A DNA stretch of 64,000 bases. Origin: Vermamoeba vermiformis (Eukaryota). The notes under the pieces are model-generated. The model worked only from the letters and a program-made list of their open reading frames with translations, was not told the origin of the DNA and made no database searches. The translations under genes and the position numbers were made by a program. The stretch covers positions 372,001-436,000 of the forward strand of contig JBEWZL010000232.1 in NCBI GenBank assembly GCA_045837725.1, read 5' to 3'. Below, one piece after another: positions 13,792 through 24,862 of the stretch (positions are counted from its first letter, which is position 1; the number at the start of each line of letters is the position of its first letter).

Positions 13792-16329
13792 ATGGCCGAA
13801 GAAAGCACGGCAAAACGACGGCTCATAACAATTGCAGCCTTGTTGGGCCTCATTACGGTTCAAACATTGGTCGCTATCATTTACAAATTGGCACAAAAGA
13901 ATGGCAAATACGAGTTCTCAACAGCTTCAGCACTCACCATGGCAGAGTTCATCAAGATCTGGCTCAGTTTTGGTTTGCACGTCAAAGCGACTGGATGGAA
14001 AGACGCAAAATCAGAATTATTATCAAATTTGAAGAAAGCACCGTATATTCAATTAATAGGATTGGCTCTATCGTACTTCATCAACAACCATCTCAATTTC
14101 TACTTGTTTTTATGGGCCGATCCGGTATCCATAACTGTCATGAAATCAGGTGCTTCTTTTATTACGGCGATTCTATCATGGATAGTTCTATCAAAATTAA
14201 TAACAAAAGTTCAATGGAGCGCCATCTTGCTGCAAGTGGCAGGCTTGTGTTTGTTGCAATACGATCCGTGTCGCCATTCAACAACTCTCAAACTCAGTGG
14301 CTACTTCGTCATGTTCATCAGCGTTACCATAGCATCGGCTAATGGCATTTGGAATGAACGTCTGCTCAAGTCTTACGATTGTTCTCTCAACATCCAGAAC
14401 ATGATCTTGTACTCAGCCGGAACAGTCTTCAATTTCACATTATTCCTTGCTAACAGTAGTGAAATGGGCTTTTTCCAAGGTAAGCATAACCTCCATTCCG
14501 ACGCTTAATTAAAAGGCCGATTTTTCCGAATTTGAAATTATCTTCCGTTCGAAAAGGAAACAATTTGAAAAATTGAATAGAAGCAAAATTAACCGGGCCT
14601 ATTGAATTTAATATCCGAAAAAGATTAAAAAGTTAGATTATTCGCCAGATCCAATTAACGAAATCTCTTATTAAATTAGGCTACGACTTTCCAGCAGTCG
14701 TCATCGTGTTTCTCAACGCAGTTATTGGCTTGACGATCACTGTTATTTACAAATATACCAATGCCATTGCAAAAACGTTCTGTTCGGCAGTTGCAACAGT
14801 GGTGTTGTTCATCGTGAATGCAACGCTGTTCAACTTGCCTGCATCGCTCAATTCAGTGCTCAGCTGCATTGTCGTGTTCGTGGCAACGTATTTGTACACA
14901 CAAGGTGCAATGGCTGCTCCAAGCGCTCCAAGTACTTCAACCGCATCCACGAATGGAAAAGACTACGATAAATTACCTACGAGCGAATTGGATATTGAAG
15001 AAGAACCTGTTCAACGATCTAGATGGTCTAAAGCCTTTGGACAGATTACTGCTAGGCGAATTGGCGGATTAATATTTACCGCGGTTGTGATCGCCTCGTT
15101 GGTGATCTCGTTCAACTCCGTTTCCACCGGATCTCCTCCAGTAGTTCAAGAACCTCAAACAAATGATACAATAGTAGTACCTACGAGTACTGTTGAAGTA
15201 CCTACAAGCCCTATTGCAGTACCTGTTCAAGTTGGAGAACCTCCAAGACCTTCAGCCACATCCATGCTTCGCCAAATGGATCTGTCTGGAATAGTATTGC
15301 CACCTCAAGCATCATACTTCGACGATATACTAGTAGTATTGCACTTCAACAATCCTCGCTACAACCATTTGCCGATCCTGCTCGAGCAATACGGCAAGGT
15401 ATTCAAAAACCTGCTTGTATGTGGCCAACAACCGCATCCTATGGTCGATTATGTCTGCAAGACCAGTGAGTATTAATATTATATCTCTATATAGTATTTT
15501 AATCCTCATCGGTAAATTTCAGATCAAGTGAACAATGGCGGGCATACAATGTACGGATGCATTGCCGATTTAATGGAAGCTTATCCTTCGAACTACACTG
15601 GTTATTTATCATTCCACTTCGATTTGTTCGTCAATTACTGGAATTTATACGGCTTGGACAAAAATAAGACTTGGATCACGAAGACAAAAGACAACGAAGG
15701 ACCTCATTCCTTGGCCAAGTACCCGAAGAATAGCCCATGTGAGTACTATACTACTAACTATGACATATATGCTAACTCTCATTTAGCTGGTTGGGGTTGG
15801 TGGGGATCGAAGTGGGGAGTTCAAGCAGTGCGACGGGCGATGCCTAACATACCAACGGAATACAGAATGAAGATGAATGAAAGCACTGGAGCAAACGATA
15901 TATTTTGGAGAGGTATAATTCATCGCCGTAATCCGAATTCGCTTCGTTTATTAATTTTGTTGGATCACATCTAGGCATGGGAGATTTATTTTACGTCCCG
16001 CAACGCATGAGGACGGAGTTTATATCCCTCACCCGCATTTTTGTTCGGGCCGAGGTATTTTTGGAGATTGCTATCCCGACTATACCCATTATAATGGAAT
16101 TACCGGAAACTCCCGTCCATTTGTCAGGTATGACTCAATTAACGTCTATTTAAGTCAATGCTAATAATGTATAATAGGTACATTTGATTGGAGTGGTAAG
16201 AGTTTCGAACAGTTCTGGCATAAAGAGCACCATTTTGGCCATCCGTTTCAGTTCCACCAAAAAGGCATGTACGAACGGTTCCGACAGAGTATGAGTCTAG
16301 GCTATGAATTTAATGTTACTGCGACCTAA
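13792..16329 (+). CDS. Nucleotide-sugar transporter (SLC35A-like) fused to a STELLO/DUF288-C-terminal-like putative glycosyltransferase, copy A
   Basis: Transporter motifs TMAEFIK, YFINNHLNF, FITAIL..QWSAILLQ, GIWNERLLK, LNIQNMILY, YKYTNAIAKTF. Then an extra TM and a Pro/Thr stem, then FDDILVVLHFN..YGKVFKNLLVCG, GYLSFHFD..NYWN, GMGDLFYVP, VFLEIAIPT, HPF. The transporter-to-GT junction lies inside one ORF (14706-15476). Confidence 0.85.
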
Positions 16330-16672
16330 TAGCGCGAGTAAAATAATAAAATTGTGTACATTTTCGAAGCAACACGAGACCGAACTGCTCGCTAGATCTC
16401 TATTATAATCTCCCGATAAATTTGTATTGAATCATATATTCTTGCATCGATATAAGATATTGAGCTACAGTGCGAAGGATGACGGTCAATTTAGGACTTC
16501 AGACAAGATCGGAATGACATCCCCGAAAAAAAGAATTGATAGATCTATTATTGAATGGAAGCTCCAAAGATGATACCTTGTGAGCGTTGGTACACCCTAT
16601 GTATTGGAGAATAGGAATAGGATCCAGGTTAAAAGGCCGTTGATTTACTTTTCTTGGTACATCCGGGATCTA

Positions 16673-18211
16673 CTACAGCTTCAAAATGTCAGGCAATCGT
16701 TCTTCGTCTCGGGGCAAGTTGACTGCAACAACGGTCGGATAAGGCATAGTACTCGTATTATAGTCATTAATAGTATAGCGCACGGCGTGGAACAAGCCAT
16801 AAATAATTTGATGGTACGGGACGTTGAGCGCCTTCATTTGTTTTTCAGTTGCCTCCTTGAAACTCTCGTCGCGGGAGGTCATCAAAATTACTCTTGAACG
16901 ACCCGTATTATAGGCACGTCTAATAACCTCGACTGAAGGAAAAGAGAATTGTTAATTTTTGGATGCGCATGAAAAATAAATTATTAAATTAATCAGGGAC
17001 GCTTACTATTTTTCTCCAGAGGTCCAGTAGTTCCCCAGAAAGGTGGAAAATGTTGCGCTGATGATTTAACCAGAGTACCATCGATATCAACGAGTAAATT
17101 GTTGAAGGTCTGTTTGTAACGAGTCCATGCTTCAATTGTGCCCCAATCTGCGTATTCAGTAACGTGGTGAGCCCTGAAACGTTTATCTTCTAACATTAGG
17201 CCATAAATTACATGAGAAATCTGAAGAATAAATTATTAATAATTATTGAAAAAATTAGAAAATAATTATTTCTTCGCTTCTTACATAAATTTCTCCTGTG
17301 TGAGGCAATGAAACTAATTCTTGGTATTTTTGAGAGAACATTTCGGCAGAACTGAACGAATAGCCACCAACGCAAAATCGATCGGAGATGACCTTCTTTT
17401 CGACAATGTTCTCAATGAGATCGTCATGGTGAATAACAATGAAGCTCTTGCCGCCAACGTCGTAGTCAGTATTATCAATCTTCTTCGTACACACAAAGTT
17501 GCCCGGTTCGATCCTAGAATAACGGTAAAAAAACTTGCTTCACTGAAACTACAAATTTGATATACCAAATGCAAATATCCGTATACTGCATGTAATTAAC
17601 TGCATATTACTATACGGATACAGCTGCAGTATTAAAACAAAATCATAACGAAACTTTCAGATCATAAAAATTCCAATCTTTGCATGCATTGAAAATGATT
17701 AAAAACTAGGACGAACTATTATACGTTCGCTTTATAATAATATGTTAGCGATATATTAAACCGAAATCATCTCGTGTTTCAATATTTCAGTAAGGAAAGC
17801 AAATTTTCTATGATTGCGAAAATCAATCTTTTCTATTCCTTACCTGTATTGATAACAATTATCGCAATCTTTGACAAATATCGGTCCAGTAATATTCGCT
17901 TTGACTATTCCTTGGTGCACTGTCATCGATTGATCGGCGGTGGGTGCATCCAGCAAAACTGGCTCGACTTTGTTCAAGTAGCTCTCGTCCTTGAACATAT
18001 TCAATACGAGGTCTATTCTTCCTTCCAAATACTTATCGACATGTTCTTTGAGCAAAATAACGACGATTCGTTTGACGTTTGCAAGATCTAACTTTGCAAG
18101 TGCATCCACAATCATGGCTTTGCCGTTGGGCTGAGTGAGAAGCCATTTTGGCTTTCCTCCTCCAAATCGCGTTGAGCGGCCAGCGGCAGGCAGTACTAGT
18201 GTGGTAGACAT
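16673..18211 (-). CDS. Sugar-phosphate nucleotidyltransferase fused to a HAD-family phosphatase (bacterial capsule-locus type)
   Basis: Exon 1 has LPAAGRSTRF..KPKWLL and VKDCD; exon 2 has IVEKKVISDRFCVGGYSF; exon 3 has DWGTIEAW followed in the same exon by HAD motif I VDIDGTLV; exon 4 has MTSR and INDY. Exons 1 and 2 join in frame (YR|IEPGNFVC). Confidence 0.88.
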
Positions 18212-18386
18212 GTCTTGGTTGAATTGCGAATTAATTTTTTTGGTTCAACCCGACGAAGTTTCACACCGCGGTATAATAATTAAAACACATAAACGTAACA
18301 TCCGGGCAATTCGCCTGATATATAATCACGTAACTAGCGGTTTTTTAATTAAATAAGAAACGATTTATTAAATATATACAAACAAA

Positions 18387-19289
18387 TTACATTTTAACGG
18401 ACTGGACTTCGCGTTCCAGCGCCTCGAACAAAAATGAGATTACGTGCTCTTCTTTCGCGTATTGAACTACGCGCAGTAAGTTCAGAATTTGGAATGAGGT
18501 GTAGTATGCTTGGTACCACTCATACTTGGCGAAATGATTCACGCACAATTTGTCCAAGTACTTCAATGCAATCGCCATCTTGGTGCGATCCAATTCGTCC
18601 ATATTCTTCAACATGGTGCTCGTCCAAGCATGCGCTGTGTCTTGTCGCCATTTAACTACGTCTTGCAAGGGCGACTCTAAGAACGTATTCAAAAAGTCGA
18701 TAACGTAGATCTCTTTCGTGTAGAACTGGCCCAATGAGTTGATTAAGACGTTAGACATGGTTAAATCACCGTGGCAGCGTCCTACAGGTAACAAAACGGT
18801 GCATTTCTCGGGAGTAATCGTGGTCTCCAAGTACTTGACACATTTTTCCAAAGTGTTGAAGTACTTCGGGTTGTCAGCGAGTATCTTCTGAACGTGCGTA
18901 TTATTCTTCATTATATTAAGCACTTCTTTTGTCTTCGATAAGAACACTTGCACATCCAGCGGTTGCAACTCGGATTCGGCGATTTCATTTTGAATCAGCT
19001 CTACAATAGCATCGCTGAGTGAAGTAAGACCATCCTTCGTGCATGAACTCGCATAGCTAAAGCATTCGTTGTAAGGCAAATACTCCATCTCGACCGTGGT
19101 TCGATCGGATCCGTCTGACTTGCACGAGTGAATTCTGGCGGTCTTAATTTTAGGGCTGCCTTTGAACGACATTTGTTTCTCGATCTGAACTAAGAGGCGT
19201 GAGCTGCCTTGCTTGACGACGATAAAGTCGGCACCGCGTTTCATGAGGTGAACGCCGCCTTCCGGAGAATGACCTTGCAACTTGAGCAT
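18387..19289 (-). CDS. APH/choline-kinase-like phosphotransferase (capsule-locus type), intronless
   Basis: 300-aa uninterrupted ORF with Brenner-type CHGDLTMSNVL, VIDFL and ESPLQDVVKWRQD. Confidence 0.88.
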   Translation of the reverse strand: MLKLQGHSPEGGVHLMKRGADFIVVKQGSSRLLVQIEKQMSFKGSPKIKTARIHSCKSDGSDRTTVEMEYLPYNECFSYASSCTKDGLTSLSDAIVELIQNEIAESELQPLDVQVFLSKTKEVLNIMKNNTHVQKILADNPKYFNTLEKCVKYLETTITPEKCTVLLPVGRCHGDLTMSNVLINSLGQFYTKEIYVIDFLNTFLESPLQDVVKWRQDTAHAWTSTMLKNMDELDRTKMAIALKYLDKLCVNHFAKYEWYQAYYTSFQILNLLRVVQYAKEEHVISFLFEALEREVQSVKM

Positions 19290-19866
19290 TGGTGTCTATT
19301 AATGAATTACGACAATAAGAGTGGTGTCTTGTTGCGCGAAGTAACGCAATGAAATAACGAAAGTAACATTTCAAAACAACCTGCCAGTGTGACGTCTAAT
19401 CAATTCCCCAACGTAACCATAAATTTGATAAAATTCAGGCACGTGCATTAGAGCGCGGATTCTCCGTCTCATCTCTTTTCGGTTCAGTGAATATTTATGT
19501 CTTTGAATCACTCAATGGCAAAACTCGATCATTTTGATGCATTACTCCTTTGAATTTGTAGTGAATAGTCCGTACCTGTTTATCGAAAATACGGAAAGTA
19601 GTAATACAGCTACGTTGTTTATATTTGAATTACAGCAAGTAGAATCGTTTCGACTTATTTTCAACCCGGAAATGCCTTCCGCTTTGACTTCCGTTACAAA
19701 TCCGGAAGACTGATGCCGTCAGAACGACCCTTATCAGTCTCAATACAGTAGCACTATTGAACACTATATTATACCGAGCATGCTCAATCTTGGGTAATTA
19801 ATTGAATGCCGCAAAGTTTGCTATTGGATTTCACATTAAGGGTAGTTTATTAACAACGTGGAAAGT

Positions 19867-21855
19867 CTATGAATCGATATGCTCCACAGTACGACGAGAC
19901 CTGAGCCATTGCCTGACACCCATTGCTGTGCCAAACACAACTACGGAAAGGACAATAGCGAGCGGGTAGATCCACAACCCCAACTGCGTTGTCTTCTCTT
20001 CAACGACACTCTCGGCTTGAGGTTCTTCGTTGGCTGGTGAGTTAGGTTCTTCAGGCACGCAATAGCACTTCCGCTGGTAACACTCGAAGTTACATGTCGC
20101 GTTGACAGGTTTGGCAAAGTTGGCGCAATCACTGTGTGCTGAACAAGTTGTTCCGAGTGCCAAGTAGTAGTAACCTGAGCGCGGCACAACGGTGAAAGTG
20201 TGGCCTGACACAGCGGCGAACAATGAGCACTGTTTGTCCGATTGCTTTTCCTAAGTGAACAATTTGTCTTATTAGCCTCAAGTATCTCTTTGAAAACTTG
20301 CTAAAATCGCGTAGTAGTTTCCTATAGCAATGCGTACCTTGTAACAAATGGACAGTTGCATGACTGTAGAGTTAATGACAGTCGCCAGATCCTTGACGGT
20401 GATGTTGACATTGCCAGGACCGCTACTTCCTGGCACGTACATCACCTTCCAGTGTCTGTTCAGCACGTACATCAGTCCAAAGTCCGCATTGGCTTGCCAC
20501 TTCAGTTGATCTGACGAGTTGTGAGCGACACACAGCGACGAAGGGACGTCAGCAGTTGAGTCCAGAGCATTGATGTCAGTAATTTTAAAATGCGGTGAGC
20601 TAGAGGCCTCTCGTACTTCTTGACCAGCGTAGCGCGTAAGACTGGCAAAATCTTTGTTGTACGTGTCTGTCAAACCGGAAGCGATCCGTTAGATCACATT
20701 TTAATTTTTAAACTCTGTTTGTATGCAGAGTATATGATTAAGGGACGTAAAATACGTACTATCATAATTCCAAAATTGCCAAGTACCAGCGGTGAGTTGA
20801 TATTCGCGCAGGTATTGCATGTTGAGTGCGAACTTGTCAGTGTCGCTGAGCGAATCAGAATAGACCTCTAAATTATGAATTACGCCGTAGAATGGCGAGG
20901 TTGTAAATGGAGAACCTCCGAGTACCAACCAGCCTAATAAGATTTAGTTAGGCAATTTGATTTGAAACTTGATCCAATTATGGAACGAAATCTTATTCGA
21001 TTTATACTCAATTAGTATATGATTAGCTTACCATCTATGCCTTTAAATTCATCTACGAGCTGATTTTCAACCCTCATTCCGCCAATTTGCAACGAGATCA
21101 GGTTTTTGTTGAGCGAAGCGTAGATGAGCGTCGCGCTGTAGTCTCCGACATTTACAGCATTAACGTAGTCGTTGGAACATACTTGAACTCCTCTATTTTT
21201 CCAGTAAAATCCAAAACACTTCGTGTCGTACTCGTATTGAAGAGTTAAAGCGTCATTGGTCGTGGTAAAAACTAATATTCGTTAGTTCGATGCCTTCGTC
21301 GTTAATATATAGTCCATATTAATGCTTCTTACATGTAAACGGTACTGTAGTATTTCTTTCGTTCCTGGTGAACAAGGAGATCAACGCTACGATCTGGATC
21401 TTCGACGACGGGAAGATAAAAGGACCAGTTAGCGATCTAATAACTATCATTAGCATTATATTATACCTTATAATGGTCGATATGATAGCCAGGAGCTATT
21501 AAACGTAATATTTTTTGAAAATTAATGAAGCAATTTCAAGACATTACCAGAAGCTAATATGACAATAATTTAACGGCGCTTACTTGCTCTGCAACACATT
21601 TTTCGGGATAAACGCAACTGCGTTCTTATTCGCCCTAACTGAAACCAGATTCGGTTGTTGAAACGGATCCGCTTGTTTGTAAATTACTCCACGGTTGTCA
21701 GCCCATGAAAATATAGCTTTAGTCAGTGAATTTGTTACATTGAACTTTGCTGCTGCTGTTGGGAACTGCACTTCAGGGGCAGGGAATGAAAACGAGTGGT
21801 CCAAGAAATATACTAAAACTAATACAACAACTATAGGCAATAAGAAGGGTTTCAT
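19867..21855 (-). CDS. Type I membrane protein with a LamG/ConA-like ectodomain and a Cys-rich segment
   Basis: Signal peptide MKPFLLPIVVVLVLV; LamG-like ending LVLGGSP..FYGVIHNLEVYSDSLS; Cys cluster C..HSDC..C..C..CYC; TM LWIYPLAIVLSVVVFGTAMGV followed by basic residues. Confidence 0.6.
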
Positions 21856-22004
21856 TTTGTCTGCCGTGCACTACAGCTGACTAAAATACTAGAAAATCAG
21901 ACGGCAACACAAACGGAGAATTGGGTATGGTACGTAGATCTAGATCTCGGTTGCGATTTATAAAATTTGCAAATTTCTAGCTTCGGAAGCAATCAATGTT
22001 TTTA

Positions 22005-24438
22005 TTACGTCTTATATCCAGTACGCATAATCTTCCTAAATTTAGCGTACATGCCGTCTTCGTTAAACCTGAACGGATGTGCAAATTGGTACTCTGACTT
22101 CCAAAATTCTTCAAACGCCTTGCCGCGCCAATCAAAGTAACCTTAATATAGTTACGATTAATAATCATAATCATTACCCGTTGCCATATCAATGCAGAAT
22201 CTAATCAGCAATATATCACTGGATCTTTCAATTCTTTACCGGTCAAATTTGTCGGACTTGCAGGAGCTTCCAAGATATAAGGAATCGTTGGTATAGCTAG
22301 CTCTAAGAACACCTTATTCTTGACGAATAAGCGCGTTAGGGCGATGTACTCGGTTCTCAATCTTTGCGGGATGTAAAATAGATCTCCCATGCCTAGATTG
22401 AAAAACTATGTCAGATCTCGCTACTTTTCGAAAGAAATCGAATCAACGTACCACGCCATATTAAGTCATTAGCACCATAAGTATCTTGCAATCGATCTTT
22501 GTATTGCTTTGGCAGCTCTTTCATCGATTGCCGACAGGCTTTCAGACCCCATTGAGTATGCCACCACCACCATCCAGCTATTAATTGTAAAGTATAATAC
22601 GGTGAGTTACGAATATACATTTTGAAGTATTATTGTTCGGCTTACTTGGTCCGGTGGTGTCATTTTGAAACGTTGACATCGAATACGGTCCGAGACTGTC
22701 TTCTTCAGTGTACGTTATCCAAGTCTTGTTCTTATCGAAGTTGTTGAACGACCAGTAGTTCAGTAGCAGATCGAAGTGGAAGGATAAATAGCCCGCGTAA
22801 TTCGGATAGGCTTCCATAATATCGGCGATACATCCGTACATTGTATGACCGCCATGACGGACTTGGTCTGAAAGTGCAATCAATAAGTAAGCTAGAATGA
22901 GCAATGATATGAGAATCATTCTTACCTTTAGTGCAAACATAATCGATTGCTGGATGTGGATCCGGACCGCACACAATAAAGTTTTTGAAAACTTTACCGT
23001 ATTGCTCGAGCAAGAGCGGCAAATGATTATATCGTGGACTATTGAAGTGTAGGACTACCAATATGTCATCGAAGTACTTGTGCGAGGGCGGCAAAGTCAC
23101 AGACAATCTCTCGATCCGGAGCTCTCCATCCGAAACAGTGTGCGGTGTAATTTCATCAACCTGTGGTACGTTCTCGGGTTCAATCGTCTCTTCTACTCCG
23201 TTGATAATTGATTGACTTGATATAATTAGCGAAGCTATAATCACTAATGCGAAAATTAATCCGCCAATTCTTCTCGCTGTGATCTGCCCGAAAATCCTCT
23301 TCCAAATCGATTTCTTTGGTTCTATATCATCTTCTATATCCATCTCGCTCATCGGTAATTTATCGTAGTCTTTTCCATTCGTGGATGCGGTTGAAGTACT
23401 TGGAGCACTTGGAGCAGCCATTGCACCTTGAGTGTACAAATACGTTGCCACGAACACGACAATGCAGCTGAGCACTGAATTGAGCGATGCAGGCAAGTTG
23501 AACAGCGTTGCATTCACGATGAACAACACCACTGTTGCAACTGCTGAACAGAATGTTTTTGCAATGGCATTGGTGTATTTGTAAATGACAGTGATCGTCA
23601 AACCAATAACTGCATTGAGAAACACGATGACGACTGCTGGAAAGTCGTAGCCTATTTTAATAAGAGATTTCGTTAGTTAAATCGGATCTTCGCGTGTCAA
23701 AATTAGTTTTTTCCGTAAATCATGAAACAATTCGTTAATACGATAAGTACCTTGGAAAAAGCCCATTTGACTGCTATTAGCAAGGAATAATATGAAATTA
23801 AAGACCGTTCCAGCTGAGTACAAGATCATGTTCTGGATGTTGAGAGAACAATCGTAAGACTTGAGCAGACGTTCATTCCAAATGCCATTCGCTGATGCTA
23901 TGGTAACGCTGATGAACATGACGAAATAGCCACTGAGTTTGAGAGTTGTTGAATGACGGCACGGATCGTATTGCAACAAACACAAGCCTGCCACTTGCAG
24001 CAAGATGGCGCTCCATTGAACTTTTGTTATTAATTTTGATAGCACTATCCATGATAGAATCGCCGTTATAAACGATGAGCCGGATTTCATAACGGTAATT
24101 GACACCGGATCGGCCCATAAAAATAGATAAAAATTGAGATGGTTGTTGATGAAGTATGATAGAGCCAATCCTATTAATTGAATGTACGGTGCTTTCTTCA
24201 AATTTGATAATAATTCTGATTTTGCGTCTTTCCATCCAGTCGCTTTGACGTGCAAACCAAAACTGAGCCAGATCTTGATGAACTCTGCCATGGTGAGTGC
24301 TGAAGCTGTTGAGAACTCGTATTTGCCATTCTTTTGTGCCAATTTGTAAATGATAGCCACCAATGTTTGAACCGCGATCAGCCCGATCAACGCGGCAATA
24401 GTTATGAGCCGTCTTCTAGTAGGGCTTTCTTCGGCCAT
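22005..24438 (-). CDS. Nucleotide-sugar transporter fused to a STELLO/DUF288-C-terminal-like putative glycosyltransferase, copy B
   Basis: Paralog of 13792-16329 with a matching exon layout. The transporter part is nearly identical; the GT part is diverged (GYLSFHFDLLLNYWS, GMGDLFYIP, VFLELAIPT, AHPFRF); stop at 22005-22007. Confidence 0.85.
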
Positions 24439-24498
24439 TTTATATATACATGTATTATACTCGGTGAGGCGAATTACAAAATGAGCCTGAGTAACGAA

Positions 24499-24818
24499 TC
24501 AAAACGCAATTTTTACGTCTGATGTCATACGTCGCTCCTTTTTTTGTTGTGTGTACCATCAAAACGCATTATGCCTCAATATGTGTTGTGCATTGCGGTA
24601 ATGTCTTGAAATACAGTATTGATGTCTCGGGTAAAGCTTTGGTACGCTTGATTTGTGTTCCGTAAAAGTAATGAAAACCGTTTTTCTTCGGATCTTGATT
24701 CAATTCGCTTAGGAGGCCCAATTGCACTCCATATGTTATTTAATACGGAGAATTAGTATTGTTCGTATTTTAAGTCTCCGTATGAGCTTGCGAGGCTAAA
24801 AATGTCATTGCGTTTTGA
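24499..24818. promoter_or_regulatory. Repeated TCAAAACGCA motif in the divergent promoter between transporter-GT copy B and GH32
   Basis: TCAAAACGCA at 24499-24508 and 24559-24568, and its reverse complement TGCGTTTTGA at 24809-24818. Confidence 0.45.
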
Positions 24819-24862
24819 CATCCACATTCAAATTTTCGTCCTAAACAACAGAAGCACAAATC

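Larger units (their letters stand above)
13792..24438. repeat. Long inverted repeat formed by the two transporter-coding regions (about 13792-14480 and 14655-14977 versus 23750-24438 and 23354-23675)
   Basis: Long nucleotide tracts are reverse complements of each other, including the 3' end of intron 1 (AACGAAATCTCTTATTAAA); identity drops abruptly after GACTACGATAAATTACC. Confidence 0.9.

Noticed and set aside
16673-19289. Bacterial contamination or chimeric contig
   Set aside because: The NT-HAD gene has canonical spliceosomal introns of the same style as its neighbours.
19705-19742. Small inverted repeat AGACTGAT...ATCAGTCT
   Set aside because: Only an 8-bp stem with no supporting RNA or transposon features; compatible with chance.
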